This document shows positions 42,878 through 53,416 of a stretch of 64,000 bases of DNA, piece by piece. Under the pieces are notes generated by a model. The model was not told the DNA's origin. It worked only from the letters and a program-made list of their open reading frames with translations, and ran no database searches. The position numbers were made by a program, and so were the translations under genes. Within the stretch, counting starts at the first letter, position 1. Every line of letters begins with the position of its first letter. Location: the NCBI GenBank assembly GCA_965652295.1, contig CBFGTS010000007.1, positions 161,873 through 225,872 on the forward strand, read 5' to 3'. The stretch is from an uncultured Haloferula sp. (GTDB taxonomy: Bacteria > Verrucomicrobiota > Verrucomicrobiia > Verrucomicrobiales > Akkermansiaceae).

Positions 42878-44824
42878 TCAGCGGGCGCGGGTGCTGGCGC
42901 GGCGGACGATCAGGAGCGCGCCGGCAAGGATCACGATGAGGGCGGGGATGCCGGCGATGTTCCAGGCGATGATGTTGCCGGCGATGCGGTCCTTGTCGCG
43001 GCGCAGGTCTTTTTGCAGCTCGCGGATCTGCTTGCGGGCATCGACTTCCTGCTGGCGGAGTTTCCGGATTTCCTGCTCCTGCTCGGGCGTCAGGTAGAGT
43101 TCGTTGCCCTGGGATTTCTGGGCCTGGAGCTCGTTGAGACGCTGCTGGGCTTCCTCGGCCTCGCTCTCGAACTCGGCGATCTTCTCGCCGACGCGCTGGT
43201 TCGCGTCAGCCTCCATTTCACTGAAAACGGTGAACGGGCGGCTGGTGGCGGCGCGGCTGCGGGAGCCGATGAGGTGGGTGGAGGAGGCGGCCTGGTCGAT
43301 CAGGTTGAAGAGCAACGAGGAGTTGCCGTTGATCGGCTGGGCGAGCTGCATGTTGCCGAGGCGCTGCACGGCGTAGGCGAACTGGTCGTAGAAGGCATCG
43401 ACGTCGGAGATCAGGAACACGTTGCCGTCGGCCGTGGCTTCGGCGAGGGCCTTCGGTTCGTCTCCGGCGTCCTCGGTTTCTTCCTTGTCGGCTTCCTCGT
43501 CTGCGTCGGCGGTCTCTTCCGTCTCGCTGTCTTTTTCATCGGCCTCGGAAGGATCGCCGTCGGGGAAGGCGGTTTTGAATTTCCCGCTGAGGTGGAGGAC
43601 CAGGTCGTAAACCTTGTCGTCCGGCCGGAAGGAGGTAGCCAGCGAGGGATCGAGGCGGGAGGCGGGCATGTTGTCCACCAGGCCGGATTCCTGCGACGAG
43701 TGGATGAGGGTGTCGATGCTGACGCCGGAGCCGCCGGACTTGGTCATGCCGCCGGGCAGGAAGAAGACGACGCTGTTCAGGTCCTTGGTGACGATGCTGT
43801 CCTCCTGCGGCATGCCTTCGTCAGGCACGGTGAGGACGGCGAGGCCGGGACGGCCGCGGTTCATGTTGGTCTGGTAGCGGGCATCGCCGACGCTCTGGTT
43901 GGTCGGCATTTCAACGCCCCAGGCTTTCATGAGGGTGGGCAGGTTCGAGGAAGTCGGGGTGCCGGGCTGGCCCATCATCGGGTTGCCGCCGCCGAGCATC
44001 TGCGCGGTCACGGAAAACGGATCGACGCAGGCGATCACGGTGCCGCCCTGAAGGAGGTATTGATCGAGCGCGAACTCGGCTTCTTTCGTGATTTCTGCGG
44101 GGTGGATGAGGAGGACGACGCTGTATTTCTCCGGATCGATTTCGCCCGGGGTCATGGTCAGGTCTTCGACCTCGTAAGCCTGGCTGAGCTGGTTGTAGAT
44201 CACCCAGGGCTGCTGCGGCTGCTGGCCGGGCATGGCGGGGGCGCCCCCGGTGATCGGCAGGGCGGACATCAGGCCGATGGTCGGCTTGCGGGTGGCGCTG
44301 ACCTCGGCGATGGCGCGCGAGATGTTGTACTCGAGCATCGTTTCATCCCGCGGGTCGAGGAAGGGGATGGTGGTGGTGCGGTCGAGGCAGGCGACGGCCA
44401 TGCCGAAGTAGAGGTTCTCCTCGTTGATCTGCTGGCCGCTGATGCCATCGAGGTTGGCGGCGTCCTCGGCGTCGGTGTCGGGCTGGGGATCGAGGTTTTC
44501 GACCTTCAGCTTGCCGCCGGCGAGGTTCTCGTATTCGGCCAGCAGGTCGTCGACGCGGCGCATGTGGAGCTTCAACTCCTCCGGCATGTAGGCGCTGCTA
44601 CGGGTGGCGTAGTAGCGGATCACGACGGGCGCGGCGAGGTCCTGGAGGATGGCCTTGGTGCCGTCGGACAGCGAGTGGACCTGGTTTTCGGTGAGGTCGA
44701 GGGTCTTGTGGCCGACGCCCAGCGACGAGACCAGCATGTTGCCGGCGACGACGATGGCGAGGAGGGCGCCGATGGCGAAACCGGCGCGGGCCACGGGGTG
44801 CAGGGTCTTGGTTTCCTTGCTCAT
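42878..44824 (-). CDS. GldG-family ABC transporter substrate-binding/auxiliary protein
   Basis: DLTENQVHSLSDGTK, LEYNISRAI, ALDQYLLQGG; N- and C-terminal TM. Confidence 0.88.
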   Translation of the reverse strand: MSKETKTLHPVARAGFAIGALLAIVVAGNMLVSSLGVGHKTLDLTENQVHSLSDGTKAILQDLAAPVVIRYYATRSSAYMPEELKLHMRRVDDLLAEYENLAGGKLKVENLDPQPDTDAEDAANLDGISGQQINEENLYFGMAVACLDRTTTIPFLDPRDETMLEYNISRAIAEVSATRKPTIGLMSALPITGGAPAMPGQQPQQPWVIYNQLSQAYEVEDLTMTPGEIDPEKYSVVLLIHPAEITKEAEFALDQYLLQGGTVIACVDPFSVTAQMLGGGNPMMGQPGTPTSSNLPTLMKAWGVEMPTNQSVGDARYQTNMNRGRPGLAVLTVPDEGMPQEDSIVTKDLNSVVFFLPGGMTKSGGSGVSIDTLIHSSQESGLVDNMPASRLDPSLATSFRPDDKVYDLVLHLSGKFKTAFPDGDPSEADEKDSETEETADADEEADKEETEDAGDEPKALAEATADGNVFLISDVDAFYDQFAYAVQRLGNMQLAQPINGNSSLLFNLIDQAASSTHLIGSRSRAATSRPFTVFSEMEADANQRVGEKIAEFESEAEEAQQRLNELQAQKSQGNELYLTPEQEQEIRKLRQQEVDARKQIRELQKDLRRDKDRIAGNIIAWNIAGIPALIVILAGALLIVRRASTRAR

Positions 44825-44860
44825 GATTTGGAAAGCTTGGAGTGCGGGAAGTGGAATGGG

Positions 44861-45595
44861 TTAGGCGCGCTTCGCGGAGAGGATGGCGGAGGTGCCGAAG
44901 AGTGCGGCGATGATGATCGAGATGAACCAGACGAAGTCCTGCAGCCGGAACGCCCCGCGGGCGAGCGACAGGAAATGGTCCCAGACGCCGAGCGAGGTGA
45001 TCGCATCGCGGAGGCCGGGAGGCAGGGTTTTGGAATACTGGCGGACGAAGGGATCGAAGGTGGCGAAGACCAGCCCTATGCAGATCGCCGAGGAGACGAT
45101 CAGGCAGATGACCTGATCGCGGGTGAAGGCGGACACCAGCAGGGTGATGGCGAGGAAGGTGCAGGCGAGCAGCACGGCCCCGATGTAGCCGGAGAGGATC
45201 GCGAGGTTGTCGGGCTCGCCGAGGTAGTTGACGGTGATCCAGATGGGGAAGGTCAGCGCGATCGCGATCAGCCAGACGGTGGCAGCGGCCTTGAATTTCC
45301 CGACGATCACGGCCCACAGCGAGATCGGGTAGGTGCCGACCAGCTCGATGGTGCCGGTGCGGAGTTCCTCGCTCATGAGGCGCATGCCCACGGCGGGGAC
45401 GAGCACCATCAGGATGAAGGGCAGGTAGAGGAAGAACGAGTAGGTCAGGGAGGCGTCGCCGGCCTCGATGAAGTTCCCCAGGGTGAAGGTGAACACCATC
45501 GAGAGCAGCAGGAAGATGACGATGATGGCGTAGGCGATGGGCTGGCTGAAGTAGCTGACGAGTTCGCGTTTGTAGATGGTCCAGACGTCTTTCAT
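44861..45595 (-). CDS. ABC-2 type permease (GldF-like)
   Basis: RELVSYFSQPIAY, MRLMSEELRTGTIEL, GKF. Confidence 0.9.
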   Translation of the reverse strand: MKDVWTIYKRELVSYFSQPIAYAIIVIFLLLSMVFTFTLGNFIEAGDASLTYSFFLYLPFILMVLVPAVGMRLMSEELRTGTIELVGTYPISLWAVIVGKFKAAATVWLIAIALTFPIWITVNYLGEPDNLAILSGYIGAVLLACTFLAITLLVSAFTRDQVICLIVSSAICIGLVFATFDPFVRQYSKTLPPGLRDAITSLGVWDHFLSLARGAFRLQDFVWFISIIIAALFGTSAILSAKRA

Positions 45596-45619
45596 GGAAA
45601 TGGAAAGAAAGGGTTTCGA

Positions 45620-46354
45620 TCAGGCGGCGTTGCCGACGGTGTCGCGGGTGGTGACCTGACGGAAGAGGTCGGTGAGCGAGCCGGTGCCGGATTTGGCGAT
45701 GAGCTCCTGTGGAGTGCCGTCGACAACGATGCGGCCCTGATCGACGATCACGGCGCGGGTGCAGGCGGCCTCGACCTCCTCAAGGATGTGGGTGGAGAAA
45801 AGAATCGCCTTGGTTTCCCCGAGGCGGCGGATGAGCTGGCGGACCTCGTGTTTCTGGTTGGGGTCGAGGCCATCGGTCGGCTCGTCGAGGATCAGGACCT
45901 CGGGATCGTGGAGGAGCGCCTGGGCGAGGCAGGTGCGGTGGCGGTAGCCTTTGGAAAGGGTGTCGATCGACTGCCGGGCGACGCTCTGGAGGAAGCAGGT
46001 TTCGATGGCTTTCTCGACGGCTTCCTTTTTCGCGCTGCCGGAGAGCCCGCGGATTTCGGCGCCGAACTTGAGGAACCCGGTGACCGTCATGTCATTATAG
46101 AGCGGGGCGGATTCGGGGAGGTAGCCGATGTGTTTCTTGGCATCCTTGGGGCGGTCGATGACCGGCACGCCGCAGATGCGGATGGAGCCGGAGGTCGGCG
46201 GGAGGAAACCGGTGACCATGCGCATGGTGGTCGATTTGCCGGCACCGTTGGGCCCGAGGAAACCGAGCACCTCGCCCTTTTGGACGGAGAAACTGAGGTG
46301 GTCGACGGCGGTTTTGGATCCGAACTGTTTGGTTAGATTCTCGACTTCGATCAT
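45620..46354 (-). CDS. ABC transporter ATP-binding protein (GldA-like)
   Basis: GPNGAGKSTT, LSKGYRHR, LILDEPTDGLDP, STH. Confidence 0.93.
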   Translation of the reverse strand: MIEVENLTKQFGSKTAVDHLSFSVQKGEVLGFLGPNGAGKSTTMRMVTGFLPPTSGSIRICGVPVIDRPKDAKKHIGYLPESAPLYNDMTVTGFLKFGAEIRGLSGSAKKEAVEKAIETCFLQSVARQSIDTLSKGYRHRTCLAQALLHDPEVLILDEPTDGLDPNQKHEVRQLIRRLGETKAILFSTHILEEVEAACTRAVIVDQGRIVVDGTPQELIAKSGTGSLTDLFRQVTTRDTVGNAA

Positions 46355-46568
46355 GGCGGAAATGGATTTTCGGGAGAGGGCGTGTGAAGCCTTGCGGGGT
46401 CTTTCTTCCCTCGTGCGTGGCTCTAGCGACGCCGCTTCTGACGTGCGTCTGAAAAAAAGCGCCAGCGTGAGAATGCAAGGGAAAACGTCCTGGCGGTGTG
46501 GCGGAGGAGAGGGGGGAATCGGGCTTGCCGGGGCCGGACGGGGAGAGGAGGCTGGCCGCCTTTCACCC

Positions 46569-48449
46569 ATGAAACGCTTTTTCCCCTACTTCGTCTACCT
46601 CAGGGAGGCGAAGGGTCTGTTCATCTCCGGCTTGGCCGCCGGGGCGCTCTACGCGGCGGCCAGCGGTTTCGGCATGCCGCTGATGGTGAAGGTGGTTTTT
46701 CCGGTGATCTTCGGGCCGAAGCCGGAAATGGAACAGGTGATCACCCACGTCGAGGACGCGGTGGGTGAGGAGGAGGGGGAGCGGTTGATGCGGGAGGCGT
46801 TCCAAGCCGACATGGAGAACCGCGACCAGACGATCCTGGTCCGGGAGTGGTTCGACGAGCGATACGGCGAGGATCGCGGCCGTCGCTACATGCTGATGGC
46901 GGCGACGGCGCTGATTCCCCTCGCAGCGCTTCTGCGGGGCCTCACGGGATTCCTGAACACCTACTGGATCGCCGCCTCCGGGCTGCATGTGCTCCTGCGC
47001 ATCCAGCAGTCGGTCTTCGAGAAGCTGCAGCGGCTGCCGCTGGGTTATTTCAGCGGGAGAAAGAGCGGCGACCTGATCAGCCGCATCACGTCGGATGCAG
47101 GGATGCTGCAAGGCGTGATGACGGTCATCTCCAACGACCTGATCAAGCAGCCGCTGGTCCTTCTCGGGGGTGTGGCGTTCCTGGTGAGGGAGAGTTTTTA
47201 CAATCCCGATGCGGTCTACGTCCTGGCTTGCTTGCTCACCATTCCCATTTCGGTGCTGCCGATCCGGTTCCTCGGCAAGCGTCTGATGCGCCGGGCGGGC
47301 AACATGCAGAAGGAGGCGGGCGGCAACACGGCGGTGCTTGCGGAAACGCTGGGTGCCACCCGCGAGGTGCGGGCTTTCAATCTGGAGACCCTGCTTGCCA
47401 ACCGTTACCTCGACGGAGTCCGCCGCTGGACGAAGCTGCACCTGAAGGTGATCCGCTACCGCTACTCGGTGCCGCCGGTGGTGGAAATGCTGTCCGCAGC
47501 GGCGATCGCGGCCGCGCTGACCATGGGCGCGAGCCGCGGCATGACCCTGACGGAGTTCGTGCCGCTCGTGATGGCGCTCTACATGTGCTACGAGCCGGTG
47601 AAAAAGCTCGGCGAGGTGCACAACCGGATCAAGCAAGGGGAGGCCTCGCTCGACCGTTTGGAAGAGATCCTGCTGGCCGAGGAGACCGTGGGGGACCCCG
47701 AGCATCCGGTGACGCTGGACAAGGTCCGCGGCGACCTCCGCTTCGAGCAGGTGCGTTTTTCCTATGGCAGGGCTCCGGCTCTGGATGGCATCGACTTGGA
47801 AATCCCCGCCGGTCAGGTGGTGGCGCTGGTCGGTCCGTCAGGGGCGGGGAAATCGACCTGTGCCTCGATGATTCCGAGATTCTACGACCCCGGCGAGGGC
47901 CGGATCACGCTGGATGGCGTGGATCTTCGGGACTTGCGGCTCAAGGACCTGCGCGACCACATCACCCTGGTCCCCCAGGAGGCCGTGCTTTTCTCGGGAA
48001 CCATCGCGGAGAACATCGGTTTGGGACGCATCGGGGCGAGCCGGGCGGAAATCGAGGAGGCCGCGAAGCTCGCCAACGCCCACGATTTCATCACCGGCTT
48101 TTCCGCAGGCTACGAGACCCCGGTGGGCGAGCGCGGGGCGCAGCTGTCGGGCGGGCAGAAGCAGCGGATTTCCATCGCCCGGGCCTTCCTGAAGAACGCG
48201 CCGGTGCTGATTCTGGATGAAGCCACGGCCGCTCTGGATGCCGACAGTGAGGCGCAGATCCAAAAGGAGCTGGCCGATCTCGCCCGCGGGCGGACCACTC
48301 TGATCATCGCCCATCGTTTCAGCACCATCCGCATCGCCGATCGAATTCTGGTGTTCGATGGTGGCCGGATCGTCGGGGACGGCACGTTCGATGAGCTGAA
48401 AGGCGATAATCCGCTGTTCCAGAGTCTGTTGCAGAACCAGCAACATTAG
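46569..48449 (+). CDS. ABC exporter, MsbA-like (TMD+NBD)
   Basis: TM domain; [30 protein letters not shown]. Confidence 0.92.
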   Translation: MKRFFPYFVYLREAKGLFISGLAAGALYAAASGFGMPLMVKVVFPVIFGPKPEMEQVITHVEDAVGEEEGERLMREAFQADMENRDQTILVREWFDERYGEDRGRRYMLMAATALIPLAALLRGLTGFLNTYWIAASGLHVLLRIQQSVFEKLQRLPLGYFSGRKSGDLISRITSDAGMLQGVMTVISNDLIKQPLVLLGGVAFLVRESFYNPDAVYVLACLLTIPISVLPIRFLGKRLMRRAGNMQKEAGGNTAVLAETLGATREVRAFNLETLLANRYLDGVRRWTKLHLKVIRYRYSVPPVVEMLSAAAIAAALTMGASRGMTLTEFVPLVMALYMCYEPVKKLGEVHNRIKQGEASLDRLEEILLAEETVGDPEHPVTLDKVRGDLRFEQVRFSYGRAPALDGIDLEIPAGQVVALVGPSGAGKSTCASMIPRFYDPGEGRITLDGVDLRDLRLKDLRDHITLVPQEAVLFSGTIAENIGLGRIGASRAEIEEAAKLANAHDFITGFSAGYETPVGERGAQLSGGQKQRISIARAFLKNAPVLILDEATAALDADSEAQIQKELADLARGRTTLIIAHRFSTIRIADRILVFDGGRIVGDGTFDELKGDNPLFQSLLQNQQH

Positions 48450-48543
48450 AAGCCGGTTGCAAACCTGGCTTCACGTCGCCGCGCGTGTGCCCCTGATGAC
48501 AGGAGGGGACCGGGCGTTTTTTCGGTTACCCTGTTGAGTGGGA

Positions 48544-48720
48544 TTGACGTGAAAGGAGACGTTTCTTATCTGTTCCCTTACGCACGTTTCCTTTCGTTCG
48601 GGAAGCGGCGATCGGTTCATTCAGGACCCAGCGTCGGCGGCTCCGCACCGACGTCCTGACTGATCCACCCCTCGCCCAAAGGGGGGAATCGCCGATAGAC
48701 AAGAAACGTGTCGTAACTAA
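48544..48720 (+). promoter_or_regulatory. Putative promoter (TTGACG) and structured 5' leader
   Basis: TTGACG at 48544; nested stems TTACGCACGTTTC/GAAACGTGTCGTAA, CGGCGAT/ATCGCCG, TCAGGAC/GTCCTGA. Confidence 0.55.
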
Positions 48721-48747
48721 AACCTGCACAAAAACCCCAAAAACCCT

Positions 48748-51700
48748 ATGAGAGAACGCATTCTCAAGACTGCGTTGCTGGTCGGTATGACGACAGCAGC
48801 GAGCGGTCAGACAACGTGGAACGGTGCCACCAGCCAGAGCTGGGCCGACCCCGCCAACTGGAGCGCCGGAGTCCCCGGCGTTGATTCAAAGGCCTTCATC
48901 AACATCGCCACCGGGAACACGCCGATCATCACGACCGTCGTGAACAAATCGGCGACGGTGGGAACCAACGACCTCTGGATTGGCCAGGGCAGTGGAATCT
49001 CCGGTCGCCTTGACATCGACAACGCGGGCTCGCTGAACACCAGCGGGACGTGGGTTTTCGTCGGTCAGAACAGCGGCACCGGGACGTTGAACGTCAACAG
49101 CGGCGGCACGCTCACCTCCGACAACGACATCCGTGTCGGTCGCGGCAGTGGCATCGGCCACTTCAACGTAGCGGCTGGCGGCGTGGTCAACGTCGATTCC
49201 CTGATCAGTGAGAATGCCGCCAACACCTTCGGGTTTACCGGCGATGCGGTGGTGACGACGGCGAATGGTTCGACCACCCACAACATGACGCTCACCAACG
49301 TCACCGGAAACATCAGCCTCCAAGGCGGCGATCAGCGCCTCGCGGCGGGGGTTCATACTCTTGGCCCGGGCGGAGTGTTCAACACCTCCGGCCAGCTCTT
49401 CGTCGGCAACGCGGGGACCAGCAGTCTCACGATCGACGTGGACACCGGTTCGGCGCGGGTCGGTGCCTGGCTGCCGGTAGGCATCGGCACCGGTGGGAAC
49501 GGCACATTGACCTTGGAAAGCGGCACGCTGACCGTTTCCGACGGCACCGCCGGGTCCTTCACCACCATTGGCGCGAACAATAACGCGATCGGGGCCGTCA
49601 TCATGAATGGCGGGACGTGGAATCAGGGGGGCGGGGGCATCACGATGGGCGAAGCTGGAACCGCCCAAGGTTCGTTCACCTTGAATGACGGTGATCTGCA
49701 CACTTCGCGGATTTGGAGTGGCAACGGCAATGCCACCCTCGATCTCAACGGCGGCACGCTCCACGCCACGCGGGATGAAGCGGATTTCATTTCCGCGAAT
49801 GTCGTCGTCGATATCCCGACGGGCATCGCGATCGACACCGCCGGCTTCAGCGTCACCACCCCCAACCCCCTCGGCGGGGCGGGGGGCTTGACCAAGGAAG
49901 GGGCCGGAATCCTGGCGATTGACGCCGAGGCCGCCTACACCGGACCAACCCAGGTCGATGCCGGAACCCTGACCTTGGGTGGAAACGTTTCCACCTCCGG
50001 GGTGAGCGTCGCCGGAGGAGCCGCTTTGGGAGTCGAGGATCCCTTCGACACCCTCGGTTTCCTGAATGTTTCCTCGCTCTCAGCGAGTGCCGGGGCCGCG
50101 CTCGATATCGAAACCGGGCCCGCTGACAGCAGCGAGAAGGTCGTCGTTGCAGATGCCGCCGGTTTGTCGTTCGGGACGATGGAGGTGAATCTTTATGTGG
50201 ATGGCACCACCAACGGTTCTCTTTCCGGGACGTACACCATTCTTGAGTACAGCGGGACGCTGGGCGGCGTGGTGGGCGACCTCTCCGTCGGCAATCCCCG
50301 TCCCAACTACATGTATACCTTCGCCGACACGGGCAGCGCCATCACGGTCTCGGTGGTGGCTCCGGACGACGACAACGACGGGATGGACAACGATTGGGAA
50401 ACCGCCCATGGCCTCGACCCCAACGACGATACCGGCGTCAACGGTGCCGACGGCAATCTGGACGGCGATTTCGCCACCAACTTCGAGGAGTATCTGGCGG
50501 GCACCGCACCCGACGATCCGTCCGACGATCCGCTGGATACCGATGACGACGGCCTTCTCGATTCCTGGGAAATCACCCATTTCGGAGACATCGGCGATCA
50601 GGACGGGACCGGCGACGTGGACGGGGACTTCGATACCAACGAGCTGGAGTTCACCAACGGAACCGATCCGAACCTCGCCGCCAGTTCCAGTGATGAAGAC
50701 AGCGATGGAATGGGCGATGGTTGGGAGATCCTCCACTTCGGCGACATCGGTGCCAAGGATGGCACGGCTGACAGCGACAGCGATCTCTTCACCGATCTCC
50801 AGGAATGGGAGCGCAAGACGGATCCGAATAATGCCTCGTTTTCACCGGCTTATCCGCTCCTGGCGCACCGCTGGAACTTCAACTCGAACCTGCTCGATAC
50901 AGGAACAATCGGGGGCTCCGACGCAACCATCATGCCGGGCGACACCAGCAGCGCCAACGTGGTGACTCAAACCAGCACTTCGGTGAACTTCGCGGGAGGC
51001 ACCAAGGCCACCTCGCAGTGGGTCCAGCTCGGCAGCAACCTCCTGCCGGAGACCAACGTGCCGGTGACCATCGAACTGTGGGCCACTCCCACGGCCTCCC
51101 AGAACTGGTCGCGGGTATTCTCGATCCACAATCCGACCACGGCGAATCCGGAGTCCTTGTGGATGTCATGGCAGATGTCGACCAACGTCGGCACCGACAA
51201 CGTCCGCTGGTTCAAGAACGGGACCTCCCTGGGCGAAGTCCAGAACAGCCTCTCGTTCGCGCTCGGCACCGAGTATCACATCGCGATGACCATCGAGCCT
51301 GCCGACGGCAACCCGGACCAGACGACGGTGACCTGGTGGGCGGCGGACGCGAGTGGCGGCACGGTGGGTGCCGCGCGGGGTTCGTTCACCGCTGCGACCC
51401 GGTTCGTGACATTGGACGACGCGGTGATCGCCTTGGGTCGTTCATGGTGGGGCGACAATGCCCCGACGGCTTCGTACAATGAGGCGAGGCTGTTCTACGG
51501 CAAGCTGCCGGAATGGACGCTTGAAGGCTTCCATGTGCAGGGTGCCGACGATCCGGTGCTGGTCGATACGGATACCGATGGTCTGCCCGATGCTTGGGAA
51601 GACTGGTACTTCATCGGCGACCTCAGCTACGGGCCCAATGATGATCCCGACAATGACACGGCGACCAACCTGGAGGAACTCTATGCGGGAAGCGATCCGG

Positions 51701-53358
51701 ACGACAATTCGTCGTTCCCGGGAGATTCCGACGCAGACGGACTTCCGGATCAGTGGGAACTCGATAACTTCGGCAACTTGGACCAATCCGACTTCGACGA
51801 TGCCGACGGCGACTTCTCTCTGAACGAGGACGAATATCTCGCCGGGACCGATCCCAACCTCTACACTTCGTTCCCGGACTCGGACACGGACGATATGTCG
51901 GACGGCTGGGAGGATTTCTGGTTCGGAGATCTGTCGAACGACGGCACCACCGATACGGATGGCGACGGCTTCAACGAGCTGGCGGAATTCGAGAACGCGA
52001 GCAGCCCGACAAACCCTCTGGAGCCGGGTGTTCCGGATGGCGATGCCGACGACGATGGCCTGCCTGACCGCTGGGAAGTGGAGCAGTTCAACCCGCTGTC
52101 TCTCGCCAACGTGAATCCGGGCGACGACCCGGACTCGGATTCCTTCACCAACCTTGAGGAATACCGGGCGATGTCCAACCCGGACAGCGAGTTCTCAACG
52201 CCCACCGATATCAACGGCGACGGGGAGGCCGATGTCTACGTCTTCCACAACCTTGAAACCACGGGATCGGGCATCACGGATGTCGATAGCGAAGGCACCC
52301 CGTTCACCGTCCGCCTGGGAGGTTCGGGCACAGCTTTGACCGAGCCGGACGCGCGGTTGGATCTGGACACGGCAACCGGGCGACTGTCGCTCCTGAGCTC
52401 CGCTTCGGACATCAACGGCCAAACCAACATGGCCGAGCTGGAAGCCATCGGTATCCCGCTGTCCGATCTCGGATTTACGGGAACCGAGGACTTCCAGATC
52501 CGGGCTCACTTCGTGGACATGCCGGCCATGAGTGGGTATGACCAGATCGGAGCCTACGTCGGCACCAGCACCCAATCGATGACACGTTCCGCGACGATCG
52601 AAGCGGGTTATCAGTCGCTAGGTGTCAACACCAACGGTACTGCCGACTCCGATGCCATATTCGGTGCCGCAAACACCGCGACGGCTGTGGGGACGGACAT
52701 GACGGTCATCATCCAGCGGATCGGCGGAGTGTGGTCGGCGACGACCAATGGCAACAACGCCACCCCTGGAGTGCAGCCTACGTTCCTCGACGGGAATGCG
52801 GCCCTCCAGGCAGGGGTGTTCGTGCTTCACGCCACAAACCAACATGAGTCGTTTCTGGAGAGCTTCACCGTCGTCCGCTTCGGTCAGGCCGATTCGGATA
52901 CCGACAACGACGGCATGGATGACGCTTGGGAAACCACCCACTTCGGCAGTGCCGGGGCGCGCGACGGCACGGGCGACTTCGATGGCGATGGCATCAACGA
53001 CCTCGATGAGTTCGCATTCAACGGCGACCCGACCAACGGGGCTTCGCAGGGCGAGGGTTCGTTCTCGACGGCCGACTCGGGCGGTGCTGTGAGCGATGAT
53101 CTGACGATCACCATCGCGGTTCGCGCCGGCGCGACCTTCGCGGCGGGCGGCAGCGGTGAACAGGTGGCCACGATCAACGGTCTGACCTACACCGTCCGCG
53201 GATCGGCCGATCTGGCGACCTGGACCAGCGCGGTGACCCACGTCGGCACCACCGCGGCTTCGGACCCTGCGTGGGAGCTTCACACCTTCCGCCTGGACGC
53301 CTCCGAAGGGCTTCCCGGGAAGGGCTTCCTCGACGCCAATGCAGGTCTGGCTCCCTGA
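48748..53358 (+). CDS. Large secreted/surface protein: autotransporter-associated beta-strand repeats, Asp-rich Ca-binding (TSP3-like) repeats, LamG-like domain
   Basis: Signal peptide; LTKEGAGIL...YTGPTQV; multiple DxDxDGLPDxWE repeats; LAHRWNFN...TIELW LamG-like block. Confidence 0.85.
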   Translation: MRERILKTALLVGMTTAASGQTTWNGATSQSWADPANWSAGVPGVDSKAFINIATGNTPIITTVVNKSATVGTNDLWIGQGSGISGRLDIDNAGSLNTSGTWVFVGQNSGTGTLNVNSGGTLTSDNDIRVGRGSGIGHFNVAAGGVVNVDSLISENAANTFGFTGDAVVTTANGSTTHNMTLTNVTGNISLQGGDQRLAAGVHTLGPGGVFNTSGQLFVGNAGTSSLTIDVDTGSARVGAWLPVGIGTGGNGTLTLESGTLTVSDGTAGSFTTIGANNNAIGAVIMNGGTWNQGGGGITMGEAGTAQGSFTLNDGDLHTSRIWSGNGNATLDLNGGTLHATRDEADFISANVVVDIPTGIAIDTAGFSVTTPNPLGGAGGLTKEGAGILAIDAEAAYTGPTQVDAGTLTLGGNVSTSGVSVAGGAALGVEDPFDTLGFLNVSSLSASAGAALDIETGPADSSEKVVVADAAGLSFGTMEVNLYVDGTTNGSLSGTYTILEYSGTLGGVVGDLSVGNPRPNYMYTFADTGSAITVSVVAPDDDNDGMDNDWETAHGLDPNDDTGVNGADGNLDGDFATNFEEYLAGTAPDDPSDDPLDTDDDGLLDSWEITHFGDIGDQDGTGDVDGDFDTNELEFTNGTDPNLAASSSDEDSDGMGDGWEILHFGDIGAKDGTADSDSDLFTDLQEWERKTDPNNASFSPAYPLLAHRWNFNSNLLDTGTIGGSDATIMPGDTSSANVVTQTSTSVNFAGGTKATSQWVQLGSNLLPETNVPVTIELWATPTASQNWSRVFSIHNPTTANPESLWMSWQMSTNVGTDNVRWFKNGTSLGEVQNSLSFALGTEYHIAMTIEPADGNPDQTTVTWWAADASGGTVGAARGSFTAATRFVTLDDAVIALGRSWWGDNAPTASYNEARLFYGKLPEWTLEGFHVQGADDPVLVDTDTDGLPDAWEDWYFIGDLSYGPNDDPDNDTATNLEELYAGSDPDDNSSFPGDSDADGLPDQWELDNFGNLDQSDFDDADGDFSLNEDEYLAGTDPNLYTSFPDSDTDDMSDGWEDFWFGDLSNDGTTDTDGDGFNELAEFENASSPTNPLEPGVPDGDADDDGLPDRWEVEQFNPLSLANVNPGDDPDSDSFTNLEEYRAMSNPDSEFSTPTDINGDGEADVYVFHNLETTGSGITDVDSEGTPFTVRLGGSGTALTEPDARLDLDTATGRLSLLSSASDINGQTNMAELEAIGIPLSDLGFTGTEDFQIRAHFVDMPAMSGYDQIGAYVGTSTQSMTRSATIEAGYQSLGVNTNGTADSDAIFGAANTATAVGTDMTVIIQRIGGVWSATTNGNNATPGVQPTFLDGNAALQAGVFVLHATNQHESFLESFTVVRFGQADSDTDNDGMDDAWETTHFGSAGARDGTGDFDGDGINDLDEFAFNGDPTNGASQGEGSFSTADSGGAVSDDLTITIAVRAGATFAAGGSGEQVATINGLTYTVRGSADLATWTSAVTHVGTTAASDPAWELHTFRLDASEGLPGKGFLDANAGLAP

Positions 53359-53381
53359 GGCGGTCCGGTCTTTGAAATCCC

Positions 53382-53416
53382 AGCCCCGGTCGCGGTTTTC
53401 GCGGCCGGGGCTTTTT
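53382..53416 (+). terminator. Rho-independent terminator
   Basis: AGCCCCGGTCGCG-gtttt-CGCGGCCGGGGCT-TTTT. Confidence 0.85.

Noticed and set aside
43013..46336. 1107-aa plus-strand ORF
   Set aside because: Antisense shadow of the GldG/permease/ATPase genes, a common artefact of high-GC codon bias; no motifs
48449..48540. Cobalamin riboswitch (GAAGCCGGTTGCAAACCTGGC hairpin)
   Set aside because: Superficially similar hairpin, but the GCCACTG and B12-box elements are absent
50360..53040. DNA-level repeats in the giant protein as a mobile or diversity-generating element
   Set aside because: Repeats are degenerate protein-level Asp-rich motifs; no reverse transcriptase or adenine-specific TR/VR pair seen
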